The position numbers and the translations under genes were made by a program. This document shows positions 24,194 to 38,300 of a stretch of 64,000 nt of DNA, piece by piece. Positions within the stretch are counted from its first letter, which is position 1. The number at the start of each line of letters is the position of its first letter. Origin of the DNA: Oculina patagonica (taxonomy: Eukaryota); assembly GCF_052425735.1 (NCBI RefSeq), contig NC_135767.1, positions 3,906,001 through 3,970,000 of the forward strand, written 5' to 3'. The notes below the pieces were generated by a model, which was not told the origin of the DNA, did not search any database, and worked only from the letters and a program-made list of their open reading frames with translations.

Positions 24194-24493
24194 TTAAACT
24201 AACACACAACAGCACCCTTGTTCTTCCTCCTCAATTTTTTTCTCTTCGTCTTTCTTTTCGTCACTTTTCTTGTCATCCCCTTCGGCCGATTTTTCGGCGT
24301 CTTTTTTCTCGTCTCCCTCGCCGTCTTTCGCTGCTTCTTTATCGCCTCCGGCTCCTTCTTCGTTTGCATTCTCCTCTGCAGGTTTATCTCCACCTTCCTC
24401 CGCGGCCGGGGCAGCTTCCCCTTCTGCAGGCGGCTGTTCGCCTTCAGCCGGCGCTTCAGCCGCTGGAGGAGTCTCGCCTTCGGCGTCTGCCAT
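24194..24493 (-). CDS. Small acidic disordered protein with a C-terminal CCC-aaX lipidation signal
   Basis: 99-aa ORF, AAACATGG start context, A/E/G/P/K/D-only low complexity, ends QGCCCVLV*; TATAAA about 80 bp upstream on the minus strand. Confidence 0.8.
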   Translation of the reverse strand: MADAEGETPPAAEAPAEGEQPPAEGEAAPAAEEGGDKPAEENANEEGAGGDKEAAKDGEGDEKKDAEKSAEGDDKKSDEKKDEEKKIEEEEQGCCCVLV

Positions 24494-26462
24494 GTTTAAA
24501 ACTTGAGATAAAAATGTCCACTTCTACGAGCTTACAAATCCTTGACTGCCTTATTGCACGGCATGTAATGTTGTTTATAGTCGGACGGCTTCGTTGTGCT
24601 CTTCACCCACGCGTGAAATGACATAAAATATTTAAAAAGCGTTTACTCGGCGGGTTGTTATGGCGATGCATGTCAACGCGGGAAATATGACAGCCCGTGC
24701 AACCTCTCAACCAATCACTTTTCGTTATTTAGCTTTCTGCATGAAGCTTACTCTTATCCCACCTGTTATTCCGCTCAGCATATAATTGTATAAATTTGGC
24801 GCAAGAACGCAAGCTTACAATGTAAACTGTTGATTTAGCTTTTCAAGCCAATTTTTTTTTCTAAACCGGCTAACTGCAGGTACTTATAGCACTAACTGCC
24901 CTCCTTGAAATTTGTAACCATAAAATCTCACATTGACCGCCAAGACCACTTTTTCTGAGATTGTTTCTTTTCTCTAGAGGCAAATTAACAAAACATTTTG
25001 TTGCCTTCTAAATATATCGTTTTACTAACCGTACTAAGAGGACCCCTGCTATTAAAACCTGTTGCATTTTTGCTTTGATGCAAATCCCCTTCCAACTCGA
25101 AACGCTAGCTGCACACGCAATATTAAAAAACAAAAATAGTAATTGTATCAGTGAAGAATTTCAGCTATTACCAAATTGATTTGTAGATAAAATAAATACT
25201 TGTCTTGGATTGAAATACTGAAATTTGTATAATTTATAAGGTAGAACTTATTTCAGTAAAAGTTTAAATTAAACGCGTTGGGTAGAACTAATACTAGTCT
25301 TAGAAATGGAATTGTTAAATATTTTCCAGTGAAAGTTTCATGGTTTTAAATTCTGCACACTGATTGCTTTAGTATTTGATTTCTACTGGCGTTTAACACT
25401 GCTTTATTAAGTGCTTTCCATTAGTAACGATTAAGTGTTTGGTAAATAGTGAGTCAATGGGAAAGGGCGTCTTATTTTTCAAACAGTTATGGTACATGCA
25501 GAAATCACGTGCTTTCCGCCCTCTTGTCTTGTTGTCACGTAATCCTGTCCCCACTTGTCTTGACTGGTTACTGCTCTCGTCCCCATACCTCCGCATCTTC
25601 GTTAAAGCAAACACGTGATCACGTGTGCTTGTCGCCACCACCGTTACTAATCGCAGGCTCAATTGTCTCTTGGACTGAAGACAAAAAGGTTTCACTTTCC
25701 CGAGTGTTTGATAGGCAGGGACAAAAGTCAGACCGGATCAACTTGGATCACTGTTTTGAATTAGAATGGCAGCTATTCAAGACCGAGGAAATACACAATA
25801 AATACTATTCTTATTCAAATAAACGGGTAATCGATCCGAATTGATCCAGTCCGACTTTTGTACCGGCTCGTGTTTGGCTAAAATTTACTTCCTTTTAAAT
25901 TTTAAAATTACTTTCTTTCCTACTCGCACTCACTTAACTCCAGAATGATTAAGACTTTGATATTGATAAGTAGTTGTAGTTATCTGAAGAGCCAGGGTGA
26001 AGAGCTTAGTTATGGTGCCCAACATTTCCCATGCTTTGCCATAAGTTTTGTCGCAATTCGCATATTTATGATTTATTTCACGTAAACCGCTCATTACAAT
26101 AACTTCAATACAAGGCCAAGCTGAAGCAGGCGGCAATAATTTGATGAAAATAAACAACTGACGTCTGACACTTCTTCTTCAGATGTACCACTAAATTCCC
26201 AAAACTAACATTAAAAGAAATATATCTCAGCTAGAGAGGAGAAGAACCATTTTGATCTCGGGATCGACTGCAACAGCTAATACCTTGGCTGCACGCCCCT
26301 TCTAAAACTTTATTTCGGTACGGCTCTCTTCCTCTGAAATGGAAGAGGACTTATTAATTTGTCAAAGTCTTTCATCAGATTTCTTGAAAAACACAGTTCG
26401 CTCGTAAAAGGTTTTTTTTTCTTGAGAAACAAGCCGGGATCACGACGTTAGTTTCGACTTGT

Positions 26463-29400
26463 TCAGGATAATTCCTGTGCTGTTAGTCGAGCAGTTTTCG
26501 CTCCATCTTTGTCACCGACCTTATCAAGACACTTTGCCAACTGATTGTAACCAAATGCTTTGTCAGGTCTTAGCTTGGTGAGCTGAGAAATAAACCAAGA
26601 AATAGATAAATAAATCAGCGAGTAGCATTGTTACCCGTGAAACTGCCATTTCTTTTATATCCTGCGGAAGTGACGTATATTTTGTGACGTATTCTCATGA
26701 CGTCACGCTGACGTGCAGATGTCGAAGTGGTCGTCCCATTTTATTATTGGTGGATAAGAATAGGAATATCTTGGAGAGCTTTTTCTGTCTTGACTAGGAA
26801 GAGAGCCGGTTACAGGACCATAATCTGACCAGTTTTACAACATCTGTGTTAAGTTCGTTTACTATATACTTACTTGTCTATACTGGCTTGTTGCTTTGTC
26901 ATAATCACCCTGACAAAAAAGGGGATAAACTTTCTAAAATCTGTTTAATGAAACCTACTAAACCTATCAAAAGTGGTTACACAAAATGCTCAAAACGAGG
27001 CAACACTACGCTTGAATTGCCTCCTCCTTATTCGTGCCGGTTCGCTTGGGTTTGGGCTGGTGCGGTTCGTTGGCGTTCCCCGCCCGAACCCCCCCCCCCC
27101 CCTTTTTCCCCCCCCCCCCCCCCCCCCCCCCCCCCCGCGGCCCGGGGGGAGGGGGACGCTTGAACTCATCACTGGCTCTTCAAGAAATCAAAAGCGGCAA
27201 ACGCACCTTTTGATAAAGAAATTCTCCATAGTGAATATGTCCATCAAAGCTGTCAGGATGAACTTCAAGGGCTTCTTCAAATAACTGTTTTGCTTTCTCC
27301 GTGCTTCCATGGTGATTGTAATACCTGGCGAGGTCGAGTTTGGCTATTACAAACAAAGAATCCATTTGCACAGCTTTCTCAAGTGTCTGTAGAGTAAGCA
27401 AACAAGAGGCTTAATTCGCTTTGCTAATTTTAAAACTGTTTTTACTCTGGCTTAATGATGCACCTTACCAGAGCTTATTCTGGTTTCTGTAGCATAAGGT
27501 GACCAGGGGTGTTACTACTCCCTCCCGGATGGGATGCGAGTCCATCAAGGGGTTACCCCCCTGGTATTTTGTCCGATTGCCCAGACAGTTCACCAGTAGT
27601 CATTTACACAACTGAATCCCCTTGTGTCTCAGGTGCCGGGATGGAAGATGAGGGGTGTGGGGTGAGGAATGACCCCTGGGATTAAGTTCGGAAATCTCTT
27701 TTGGCTATTAAGTTTTTTTAGGATGTGTGACTTATATTTAAGTTGTGTCCTTGTTAGACGTCGGTGGTAGTACACGAAAGGACAGAATATACGTTTAATT
27801 TGTAGAAGAATTAATATGTGGTCCTGATAATGTCACAACGCTCGATCCTCATAATTACTGTCATAAAACATAATCGAACAGATGTACAGATAGGCTTTTT
27901 CTATCACTAACCGCGATGGCTTTTTGAATATCTCCCCTTCTGAAATATTGGTCAGCAAGTTTATGAAGGACTTCAGTGCTATCTGAAAAGAACAATTGTG
28001 GTAGACAAGACCAATTACTCTTTATGTTACTTTTTCATTGCGATTAAGGAAAACTTCTGCACCATATAATTGAATAATTGAATTGGCTGAGCACGTCAAC
28101 ACTTGGAATGTCAATAGAACTTTTCAAAAAACTTGTGAACCACTCGCCTTTGGCTCTTGATATACAATATACTACAAAAATGTCCGCAATTGAGCGATAG
28201 TTTGTTGCGCAAAACGTGGGTCTTCGCAATACAATTCAAATTTTAAAAATACCTGGTAACAGAGTTGATAATTCTTGGAAAATTTCAAGTTGTCTTCGCC
28301 CTTTTGCTTCTGTAAAAACAAAGGATTCACCGTTAAAAAGGGTTTTTTGTCACTACAGATATAAGGTACGGTTTAATTTCTTGCCGGGATTTTTTTCAAT
28401 TGAGAAGGCAAATGTTGGTCTGATCTACATGCAAGAGGCTGTTATTATCTTGAAACATTGTCCTACTTTAGAAAGGAGAGTTTTGTTTGGGTTAGAGATT
28501 GGATTAGCAGATGACAGGAATGCAGGAATGGCTTATAATTTGCGCGCAATGTTGCAGATAGTGGAGATGAGTGTTGCGTGCAATGCTTCGGACGCAGAAA
28601 CCAGTTCTACTTAACAATTATTCCACGAGCGCGCATTGGATATGAGATGGTAGATAGCCAGCGAGGCGCGTACGCGCCTCGTTGGCTATAACGATCTCAT
28701 ATCCAACAAGCGCAAGTGGAATAATTCTTTTATTAAAAACGCCCAAAGAATTGCAATATTTTAGCTCCCAAGCTGTTTTTGTTGACGCGTATCAGATACC
28801 ATATTTGTTGTCATATACCATATATACCATATATGATATACCATATACCATATATGAGGTCATAAACCATTGCCTGTTAACCAATCAAAACGCAGGAATT
28901 GCAATATACCATTGCTAGTTTTAAATGATTTTGAATATTACACGCAACACCTTTATTTGTCCGTTATCTGCAACATTGCGCGCAGCCGTTTTAGAGGTTT
29001 AGAGTGAGTATCCACATACTTTCGTAAAACAGTTTTTCGACTTTCGTGGCGGCGTTGTACTTTTGGATTCCTATAGCCATGGTGTCGCCAATGTTCACTG
29101 TCCCGTGGTAATATGACTCGGGCTGAAAATAAAGAAATAACAACCAGCTGGTTAGAGCTAGACAAGTATTTAGAAGAATGATTTCACCTACCATTAAGCA
29201 GTACTTTTAAACAAGTATGGTAAAGAACTTGGTTTAAGATTTAGCGTAGTTTATTGATTTCTTAATTTATTTTTATTTTCATAAGACACGACCACATCAG
29301 CTATTATGCTGCAATATTTATCGTGTATAAATAAAAACTATTATTATTATTATTATTATTAATATTATTATTATTAAGGAGTGACTAGTTAGCTTGGGAA

Positions 29401-32187
29401 AGTATCTTGTTTTCTGTTCATTTTTGTCACGCACGAGAAAGTTTTGGTGAGTTTCGAGCTAAAATTAAAAGTTTTATTGTATCGGTGCAACCAAGAAACG
29501 AAGACGCTCCTCCAGTTACAACTTCACCAGAGAAGAGAGTTTGAACCTAATCTTGAACCCAGATCAGCAAAAGACAGAGTGAGATCAGGGTACGAGATTA
29601 AATTGAACCTTCAAGGAAAATTGAAAAAAGTTCGAGTTCAGTTGAGGGTAAAATTAGCAAAAACATAACCTGGAGAGGAATCGAGAAAGGTTCTCGTTAG
29701 CGGGAGGTTCGAATTATTGAGGGTTCAAGTTGTTGAGATACAAATGTAATGCAAAGCTGTGGTCAAATGCTTCATATTCTTATTGGACTCACCAAGTAGA
29801 GAATTTCTCCTGCTTCTTGAACACACTCCATTGGTTTGTCTTCTGGTGGCAAGTTGGGATAAACTTTGTTGATCCAGTCCAGTTGAGAAAAACTTGGCCA
29901 AACACCTGAAGTAATAATATGAACCAAGCAAAATTACCTTTATTAAAATATTGGTCGTAAGTTTGCAGAGGACAATGAAAAGATAAAGCGCTGATGGTTT
30001 TCATTTGAGCCGCGGACAGCAAACAGAAATAGATGCTCTTGTTTTTTGGCGGGCAAAAAACAAAGAGTTAGAGCTCTCATTTTAGCTGAAGTTTACTACA
30101 CCTTGACTATAGCACGGGCCAAAGAAGAGAAGTACTTGAGCACCTCAAGTGAAGGGGCGCTCAATCTTACCTCCTGGCGGCGTTTTCTGAGGTGGATAAA
30201 GAAACCAGCGCTTTCTTCCGAAAATAACACCATTCCAGGCATCTGCGTGCTTATGGAAACTAACGCCTGAACCAGAGCCACCAAGAAAAAATATACTGGA
30301 GTCCACACCGTCCTAGAAAAAAAATAATCAGTAACGATCGATTTTTTACACTGAATGGGCTATTCGAAATAGGCTATTGTCAAAAATGTTGTAGAAATTT
30401 GAAATCAAATACAGTCAACTCTCTCATAAAGGATACCTCTATAAGACGGACACCTCATTATAGGAGACCCCTGGTGTTGGTCCCGTCCCTGCTGTTTTTT
30501 GCAGTCATTTTACTGTAACTAAACTCCTATAACATGAACACCATTTTAATACCCCAGTCACAGGGGCCATTTTGAATTTTTATTTTTCCGCTAATGACGT
30601 CATTAATAAAATATTCAAAAAGACACCTCGGCCTATTACAATGGTAGATACTTTATTTTAATACGTCGAGGCACAATTGAATATTTCAGTTAACGACGTC
30701 ATTCGCTGAATGTTAAATATTCAAAATGGCGTCTTGACTCATGTAAATGGGGTATAAGACGGACACCTCTCTAAGACGGACAGTTGATGGAATCAGTCCC
30801 GAAATTAAAGGGTCCGTCTTAGAGAGTGTTGACTGTAAATACAGGCCGTATTTTAATGAGGGAGGGAGGTGAGCAGGTGTGGTGGGGGTAGAGTAAGGTG
30901 GTATTATCGGTGGGTAGGACAGGCCCTGTTTGTAGTGAGGTGCACGAGGGTGGGTGTGCGTCTATTTGATTACCTTTATTTTGAAATAGTCCGGTACTTT
31001 GATACTCTCTGGTAAATGGCTATCGTTATAGAAAGCCCTGTCAAAAATATACCTACAAGAGAATAAACAGAGGTGTATTATTGACAAAAATTAAGGCGTC
31101 ACTAATAGTTCAAGTGATTTAGAGCAATTTTAAAGATCACATGCCTTAGGAGATGGGTGGTGGGGCGACCCCCGCGGAAGAGACGAGTCCATGGAGTGCG
31201 AGCTGAAGGACTTCGAAGAGTGAAGCGCGCAGCTCGACGGACCCGAGCGGACGACCGGAGGGGGAGCCAACTGGTCGCCCGCCTGGGACGCCGTAAATAT
31301 TGTGTTCTAGTGCCGACGAGTGTTTCTTGACTTTAAAGTGATTTATAATTATTTATTTTTAAAAACATTGACCATCATGGCTTAAAAGCTTCATTGGCAA
31401 GTGACGTCATCTATTACGCTTATCACGCGTTTTTACCTCAATCACTTTTAAGTCGAACACTGAAGATAGCCTGAACTTTGAACTTTTCTTTATGCGTTTC
31501 CTGACCCCTTTGCGACAGAGACGCCTGAGATTTATGATCCTTAAGAATTGTGAACTGCGTAAAGTTTATTTTTCTGGGAACTGAATCATTAAGACTCGTG
31601 GTATCTTAACTTAAATAAACTTACATAGGCTCGTCGTTATATTTCTTGTGGTGCATCATATCTAAATATTCGTTAAAAGATGTCTGCTTGTCACCATTCC
31701 CTCCTCTCCGTACGATATCTTCTGATGTCCCACTCAGAATGGACCACTGGCTGTACAACTCCAACAGACTTGACTTTGTCCATTTCATCGGATCCGTCCA
31801 ATCAGCGGCGCCATTGCTAAAATGCACTATCAAGGGTTTCTTGTATCTGAAGACCCTCTCGAATTCCTCAGAATTCAAACTCGAAGCTTCCCTTCTTTCC
31901 ATTGTGCACAAAGTTGTGTTGTATTTCATTTCGTCCTCAGTACTTGCTCGCTGCCATCCGCTGACGTCCGGTGAAAGCGGCTCTAGTTTTTTGGGGATTA
32001 TGATTGACGGCTTACTGATGACGTAGTAGATCACGGCACACGCGACAGGCAACATCAAACCTGCGGTTACCATATATGGAGAGGTGCTGACATTCTTGTT
32101 GGGACTCCGATTTTGATGGGCTTTATTGTTTTCTTCTTTTAATTTGGCAGTGGAGTGAGTTGGATTCTTGTTCTTAGCTTTTTTCAT
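26463..32187 (-). CDS. JMJD8-like JmjC oxygenase with an N-terminal TM anchor and C-terminal TPRs (about 487 aa)
   Basis: Exons (minus) 32187-31625, 31052-30974, 30312-30171, 29905-29793, 29122-29020, 28309-28253, 27982-27912, 27386-27207, 26909-26874, 26582-26463; 1464 nt in frame. JMJD8-like motifs CTMERR, KPLIV, GGSGSGVSFHKH, GRKRWFLYPP, PMECVQEAGEILYLPESYYHGTVN; then TPR-like helices. Confidence 0.85.
28612..28918. repeat. Dispersed repeat; second copy at about 61117-61460
   Basis: Both loci share TTATTCCACGAG.GCGC.TTGGATATGAGATGGTAGATA...GTTGGCTATAAC.ATCTCATATCCAA...GCTCCC.AGCTGTTTTTGTTGACGC. Confidence 0.8.
30412..30835. mobile_element. Tc1/mariner(pogo)-type MITE with a nested insertion at about 30545-30755
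   Basis: TA-CAGTCAACTCTCTC ... GAGAGTGTTGACTG-TA; internal TAAGACGGACACC repeats. Confidence 0.75.
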
Positions 32188-34364
32188 CTTTTGAACCTAA
32201 TAACCTAAACGAATTCCAGGAAAGAAAATAACGTTGCAGAGGAATTGAAGAAATTTTATGTAGTTATATAACAGTAAGGCCTTTGGGACTGAAGGCATGT
32301 TAAAAGGGGAAATTTTTGTTCAAGTCCACACGTGGGTATGGGAGCAAAATGGAGCTTTTGCATGCGCTGTGTCTTGACTTGTGTTTGGATGCGTTTCATG
32401 TAGCCAATCACAAGCCCGAACGTTAATAACGTACGCAGTTGAATGAACCAATCAGAACTCGAATTAAAAACATGTAACCCGTGAATAGCGCGGGAAAAAG
32501 CGCGTTCAACAAGTCACATTCGGTTTAAGTTTGGCTCCGGATTGGTTGAATAATTGGCACCTACCCTAATTGGTTAGAGTAAAAACGCTTAAAGCAATTA
32601 TAGAGCTTAGCAAATGCAAATTTTCCTGAGCAAACATTTCCACTTTCAATAGTGAATTTAATGAAAACTGATTTCAGTACAGGTATTATTCAATAATTTA
32701 TTACTTAAGACCTGTTAAGATATCGATTTAATTTATCCTCAATTCTATCTCTTTAAATTAAAAATATTGTGCGCATGCAATTTAGACAGGTCGTTACAAA
32801 TGTTGAAACGTTATATCTCCTGAAAAAATAGTTTTATCAACAGTAAATTTACATAAATATAACTTATTTTAGTATCAAAGTTAAGGACGATAAATAAAAG
32901 CCAAGATTATTTATCATCAAATACGAAAAATTTGAAGAGAAAAAAACATAAAAAAATCGAACATCGGAGAGGTTTTCTCATTCAAAGTAAAGCCGGCGGT
33001 AAAAAAGAAACATGCATTCAAGGATGTATGAATTGTTAGAATGGGTAATGACTTATTAGCAGCTGGTAACACGCGTTTATAAAGAAAGAATTTCGACGGC
33101 ATTAATGAAAGAACCAGGTGGCTTCATGTGTTAACTTTTATAAGAAGTCGTTTGATTTTTTAGAATAAACAAAAGCGAAGGAGAAGCAGGACTGCCTTTT
33201 CAAATTTCAAAATATTATCTTTAGCTAATGCAATTGATTACTGAATGTTGATTTGACGGTGTAACAAAACTTGTTATAGACGCTATCCAATTACCATGCA
33301 TTTTGATGCAGTAAATGTAGTTTTTATCAGTTTCCAATTTACCTAGTATAGTATACTTCTATATATTGATCACTTCAGCTTGAAGAAAAGTTCTTTCAAT
33401 TTATAGCGCTCTTATTATTCTTATACGACGTTATATAAGCCTTAAAAGTTGCATTTAACCAGAAATGGTTAAATGCTATTTGACGTGTAAGGCAAAAATA
33501 AATCGTTACCCTTGTTGTATCTGGTGGCGAGGGCTCTTTCTTATTTTTTCGGTCACTTGTATTTCAGCAAACCTTTTGTGGTTTTGCAGTAGTTCATGCG
33601 TGTAAGGTGCTTAAGAAGTCAAACATCTTTCCAGGTAGACGTTATACCAATATATTATACACGGTATCTGATTGGCCGCTCGTTGCTTATGGAAACCGTG
33701 ATTGAAAAGAGTTAAACAAAAAACTAACATTTTATTATCGTTCTCTTTGAAACTATGGTAACGACTGAATAGGTTTTTTTTTCTGTCAAGAATGGTCTTT
33801 ATTTGATCTTTTAATTTGCAAATTTCGCGAGTCCTTACAGAGTTGGATAATCCATTGTTATTAAATTCTATTTTCCACAAAGAAAATGTCTATTTCGCCG
33901 TAATTTGTTCCGGCAGTTTAAGCCTGCCTCACCGAGTTTTATATTTTTTCATAAAAAAAAGAACGTGATCAAAACTGACCAGTTTTACCCCTTCAAATAC
34001 GAAATTAAATTACAATTGTTTTAATTTACCTTTAGAAAAGTAATTCAGTCTTTCAAAAAACAACTTATTATGAAAAAAGGTTTCATCACATGATATTTGT
34101 CACTAGGCAAGTTAAAGCACTTGACAACAAAGTTGTGAGAAAATGTGAACTGCGGGAGAAAATGTCTCAATTTTTTTTTCATGTACGGTTTTAATATTGG
34201 CTATAAGAGTTCTGTTCTCGCTCCCTTTGTTAAATTAAACAGGGAACGAGTCTGAGGTTGACTGTGAACCTCATTCGGAGAATATTTTTTGGTTTAAGAT
34301 GAAGGAGACCTTTCTCAATAAATTGACCATAATGTAGATTACAAACGACACAATATAAACAATT

Positions 34365-35128
34365 CAGACCCGTACTTAGGGGGGGATGCGATGGGTGCGT
34401 CCGCACCCCCCCACGAGCCTTGGAGGTCCGCTTATTGTGAAACATATATTAAAATAAATAAGTTAAGAGACTATTCACATTCAATATGGTCCTTTGGGTT
34501 GAAGGTCCACCATTTGTAGATTTGCGTGGTATATTTTGGAACAAATTGTGTGATTCTAGGTTAATTTCAACGATACATTCTACCTAATGTCCTTCATTGA
34601 CCTTCATTGTCGAACCGTTTGAAGTGCCATAAATATTCCCATGCGTACCAAATAGAGAGGAGACTGAGTACTTGTTGGACTCGGAAGCACCCAAGAAGGT
34701 TGGAGCTTGCCACAGTGCTACTGCTAAGGGATCAACAAACTGACTCTGGCTGATTTATGTAATTACCAATTGACACTGAAATTAAGAATTCTATCTTTTT
34801 TCCTGTCTTCGTTCTATGTACTGCCTTCATTGTTAGCTAAACAAATTGTAAATTACGTTTTCAAGGTTGTGTTTCGAAAAATACGATTTGAATTTAAAAA
34901 TGTACCAGAATTATTGTCGTTGTTACCTCCATTTTTACCTGCCTTTTTCCTAACCAACTGTCATCAAAACGCACGAAATCCTGTCTCAGATAACCTATTT
35001 TTTCAAAATTTCCTGGGGGAGGATACCCCCAGACCCCCCCCCCTCGTTATCACGCCTGTGGCGCTAAAGATTTCGCGCCGGATGCGATTATACGCACCCT
35101 CCCATGCAAAATCCTGGTTACGGGCCTG
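34365..35128. mobile_element. Probable non-autonomous DNA element with hAT-like termini
   Basis: CAGACCCGTA...TACGGGCCTG termini with subterminal GGGTGCG/CGCACCC motifs; no clear TSD. Confidence 0.55.
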
Positions 35129-35325
35129 AACATACAAGGATCATACAAGTTTAACGATAACGCGTACGAAGAGCTTCAGAAATGTACGCATCGCGGACCA
35201 TCATAGTCACCAGCCCGTTGGGATCTGGGTCAGTTGTTCACGTGACTCGTCACGCCCGTCACGAAATGTTGTTGCTTTGCTGCACGATTGCAGCAGATTG
35301 AGAAACTGAAAAGAGGAGAGGAAAA

Positions 35326-38300
35326 ATGGCCAGCTTACGCGACAAGATTGTTTCTGCAGAAGAGGAGGAAAGGGATAGTATGGAATGCTCTGAAGAGAGC
35401 CTAAGAGAGAGAACAACTGTTACGGCTATTGGAAAAGTAAGGCAAATTTATCTTGTTATCTTTGTTGAAGTACATGAAAGCTTAGTTTATCACTCCAATT
35501 GCACGTGATTTCAATTTCAATATCAGCTTACATAGCTCTAGCATAAGTGTTTACCTGCATCTTGTTACTTGACATTACAAATATTACACTCTTGCTCTAT
35601 GTCTTTTACACCAGCATATTATGTGCTCTTTCGATCGATATATTAATTTATTTAATAATAATTTATTGAGCTTACATAATAAACTCAATGTATTAAAGTG
35701 ATTTTTGTGCCTGCAGAATTGCATGTTATTGATAATAAGGAATCTTCCATTTAAAAAAGCCAAAAGCCATTCGACTTTCGTAACAGATCTACAGAAACAT
35801 TGTGAGACTGACTTTCTAACTGCAGAGCTAGCAAATTTCAGATGTTTTGTGGCCTAGTGCACTAAACTACGTACAGATCAAGCAGTCCAGGTTTGAGCCC
35901 TGGCCAGGGTCACTGTGTTGTGTTCTTGGGCAAAACGCTTTACTCTCACAGTGCCTCTCTTCACCCAGGGATAAATCGCTATCCAGTGGATAAGTGTTAA
36001 CAAAACATACTGCACTATCCACTGGATAGCACAGTATGGGAGCTTATAAGCTTTTATAAAATAACTCAGATACTACGCACGCTCTGATTGGTCAAAAACC
36101 TATGTACTATTGTACCAGTAAAGTCCCACTTCTGTCTCGACATGGCCGCACTGCGCTAGATTAATACGCATAAGGACGAAGAATTAAACTTAGTTAAATG
36201 TATTCTTTTGGTCTATCTGATGGTTAAAACGGAGGATATATGATTCTCGTAAATGATCATGAAAATTTACTGAGGGTGGATCACAAAATTGAGTTTTCCC
36301 GCCCACCACGAAGGAACTAGAGAAAAAACGAAAATGCAGAGACAAACATACACAATAAGGAACACAATAAACATTTCCGCTTTCATTGGACTGGAAAAAT
36401 ATTAAAAACATGGATATGGTTTCATTCAATATAAACTCGGAAACTTTATTTGAAAGGAATTAAAACCGATCAAATTGGTCGCGATGAACTTGAATTATTT
36501 TGATGGCAGAACCTTACGCTGAGTTCTTGTACGCACTAGTACGCGCTTGAATTATATTTTCAGTTTTACGTGCTTTCAATGCTTTCCCCCAAGTCTGTTA
36601 TTCGGCGAAAACGAAAGAATACGGAATAAATAAATTCATAACAAATTTCTAAAGCACTGTTTGTGGAACTAACCTTTATTCTCAATACCTTCGTCAGTCT
36701 GTGAAGTTTGTAAACTTGCAAAGTTTTCATGTAGTCTTCTACCCGCTTTTACTTTTGCGATGAATGACTAGTTAAGCTCCGACCATAATTTGCTAGATTT
36801 CCACGTCAAAGAACTTTTAAATCGTTGAATACATTTTATACCGTAACAGTTTGTCTTTTTCCTTTCCTTTCTTATGACTTTCATAGCTTCAAGAGAACTT
36901 TTAAACGTTTTTGTCGCGTCGGATTTGTAGATTTTTGTGTGTGGAGCTCAACCTGTGTTTTATTCTTTCGGCCGCTGTGATTGGTTTACCGCGTCATCCG
37001 ATGAACTTGTTAAGAATAAGACATTTGATCATGAAAAATAAAACAGATTCCTATTTCTTTGAAGAACGTTTTCTATAGTTATTTCATAAAAGCAATAAAC
37101 CACACTTTCTAGGGCTTTACTCATGGCGTTATAAAACCACTTGGGACGTTGGGAGAACACTCGAAAAGCTTGTAAACCACTCGCCTGACGGCTCGCGATT
37201 TCCAAGCTTTTCTCGTGTTCTCCCAACATCCCGCGTGGTTTTATTACGCCAGTAAAGCCCTAGAAAGTGTGGTCTATTGCTTAAATAAGCTTATAGAGGA
37301 AAGGGATAGTATGGTTATAAGCTTATACATGCATGTATAAGCTTATACCTGCTGGCCTTACGGTGGCCCCTACGTAGTGCTATGAACACTAAGCTTGAAT
37401 ATATTGACTCCTGCTTCGTTCATGGGAAGGAAAAACAGTTTTGTTCTCCAGAACACTAAAGCAGACATGTAACTCAATACAAACTGTAAACCAGCCAATA
37501 GTTTTTAATTGTATATTGTAATTGTAATAACCAAGCTTAAAATTTACCATCTTTATTATTTACTTGTAATATTTTGTAACATATTATTTTCAGGTGAAAA
37601 CCTTTGCTGGGCTAGAGGTTGTTGAATTGACGTTTCTCACCATCTCAGTGTTAAATGTGTTTGTCGCAATTGGTCTCACAATTGACAGATTAGTGGAACT
37701 GAGTAAAGATAAACCAGACTATACTTTTGCTATCATCCTTTTCATCAACATAGGTATGAAATGACTCTTAGTGTTTCTCGTGGGCTAAATTACATGCCTC
37801 TAGGAATAAATGATATTATTTTATAACTGGAGGGCACATACAATATTTAAATGAAAGTATACAATTGAACCTCTCTAATACGGACACTGAAGGGACAGAG
37901 CAATTAAGTTCCCATATTAGAGAGGTGTTCGTACTATTATAGAGGTCACCATTATGACATCACTTTTGACTTCATGAACAGCTTAATGTACTTAGTAACT
38001 CAAAATGTTCTGCAACCCAATTCTGCAGGAAATATATTAACACTAAGTACAAATCTGAAAACGTCTAAGATGAATAAAGCATTACATTGTTGTTTTTGTA
38101 TCCACAAAGAGGAAATTGCATTACAGACCCAAAATATCATCGCCTCATCACCGAAGTGTCCGTAATAAAGAGGTTAAGTTTATATGAATTTGTTCCATGG
38201 GGCAGAGATTTAGTGTCCGTTGTCCATATTAGAGAGGGTCCGTATTATAGAGGTTTTTTCTAAAGAAAATATATGAGAATTTTGTTGGGACATAAGAGAT

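Noticed and set aside
26846-27284. Poly-Pro / poly-Gly ORFs
   Set aside because: Produced by long intronic poly-C runs, possibly low-quality sequence, inside the JmjC-TPR gene.
31141-31300. U12 snRNA (ATGCCTTA start) or a second hammerhead
   Set aside because: Similarity stops after 8 nt; no branch-point pairing region, Sm site or complete CUGANGA/GAAA core.
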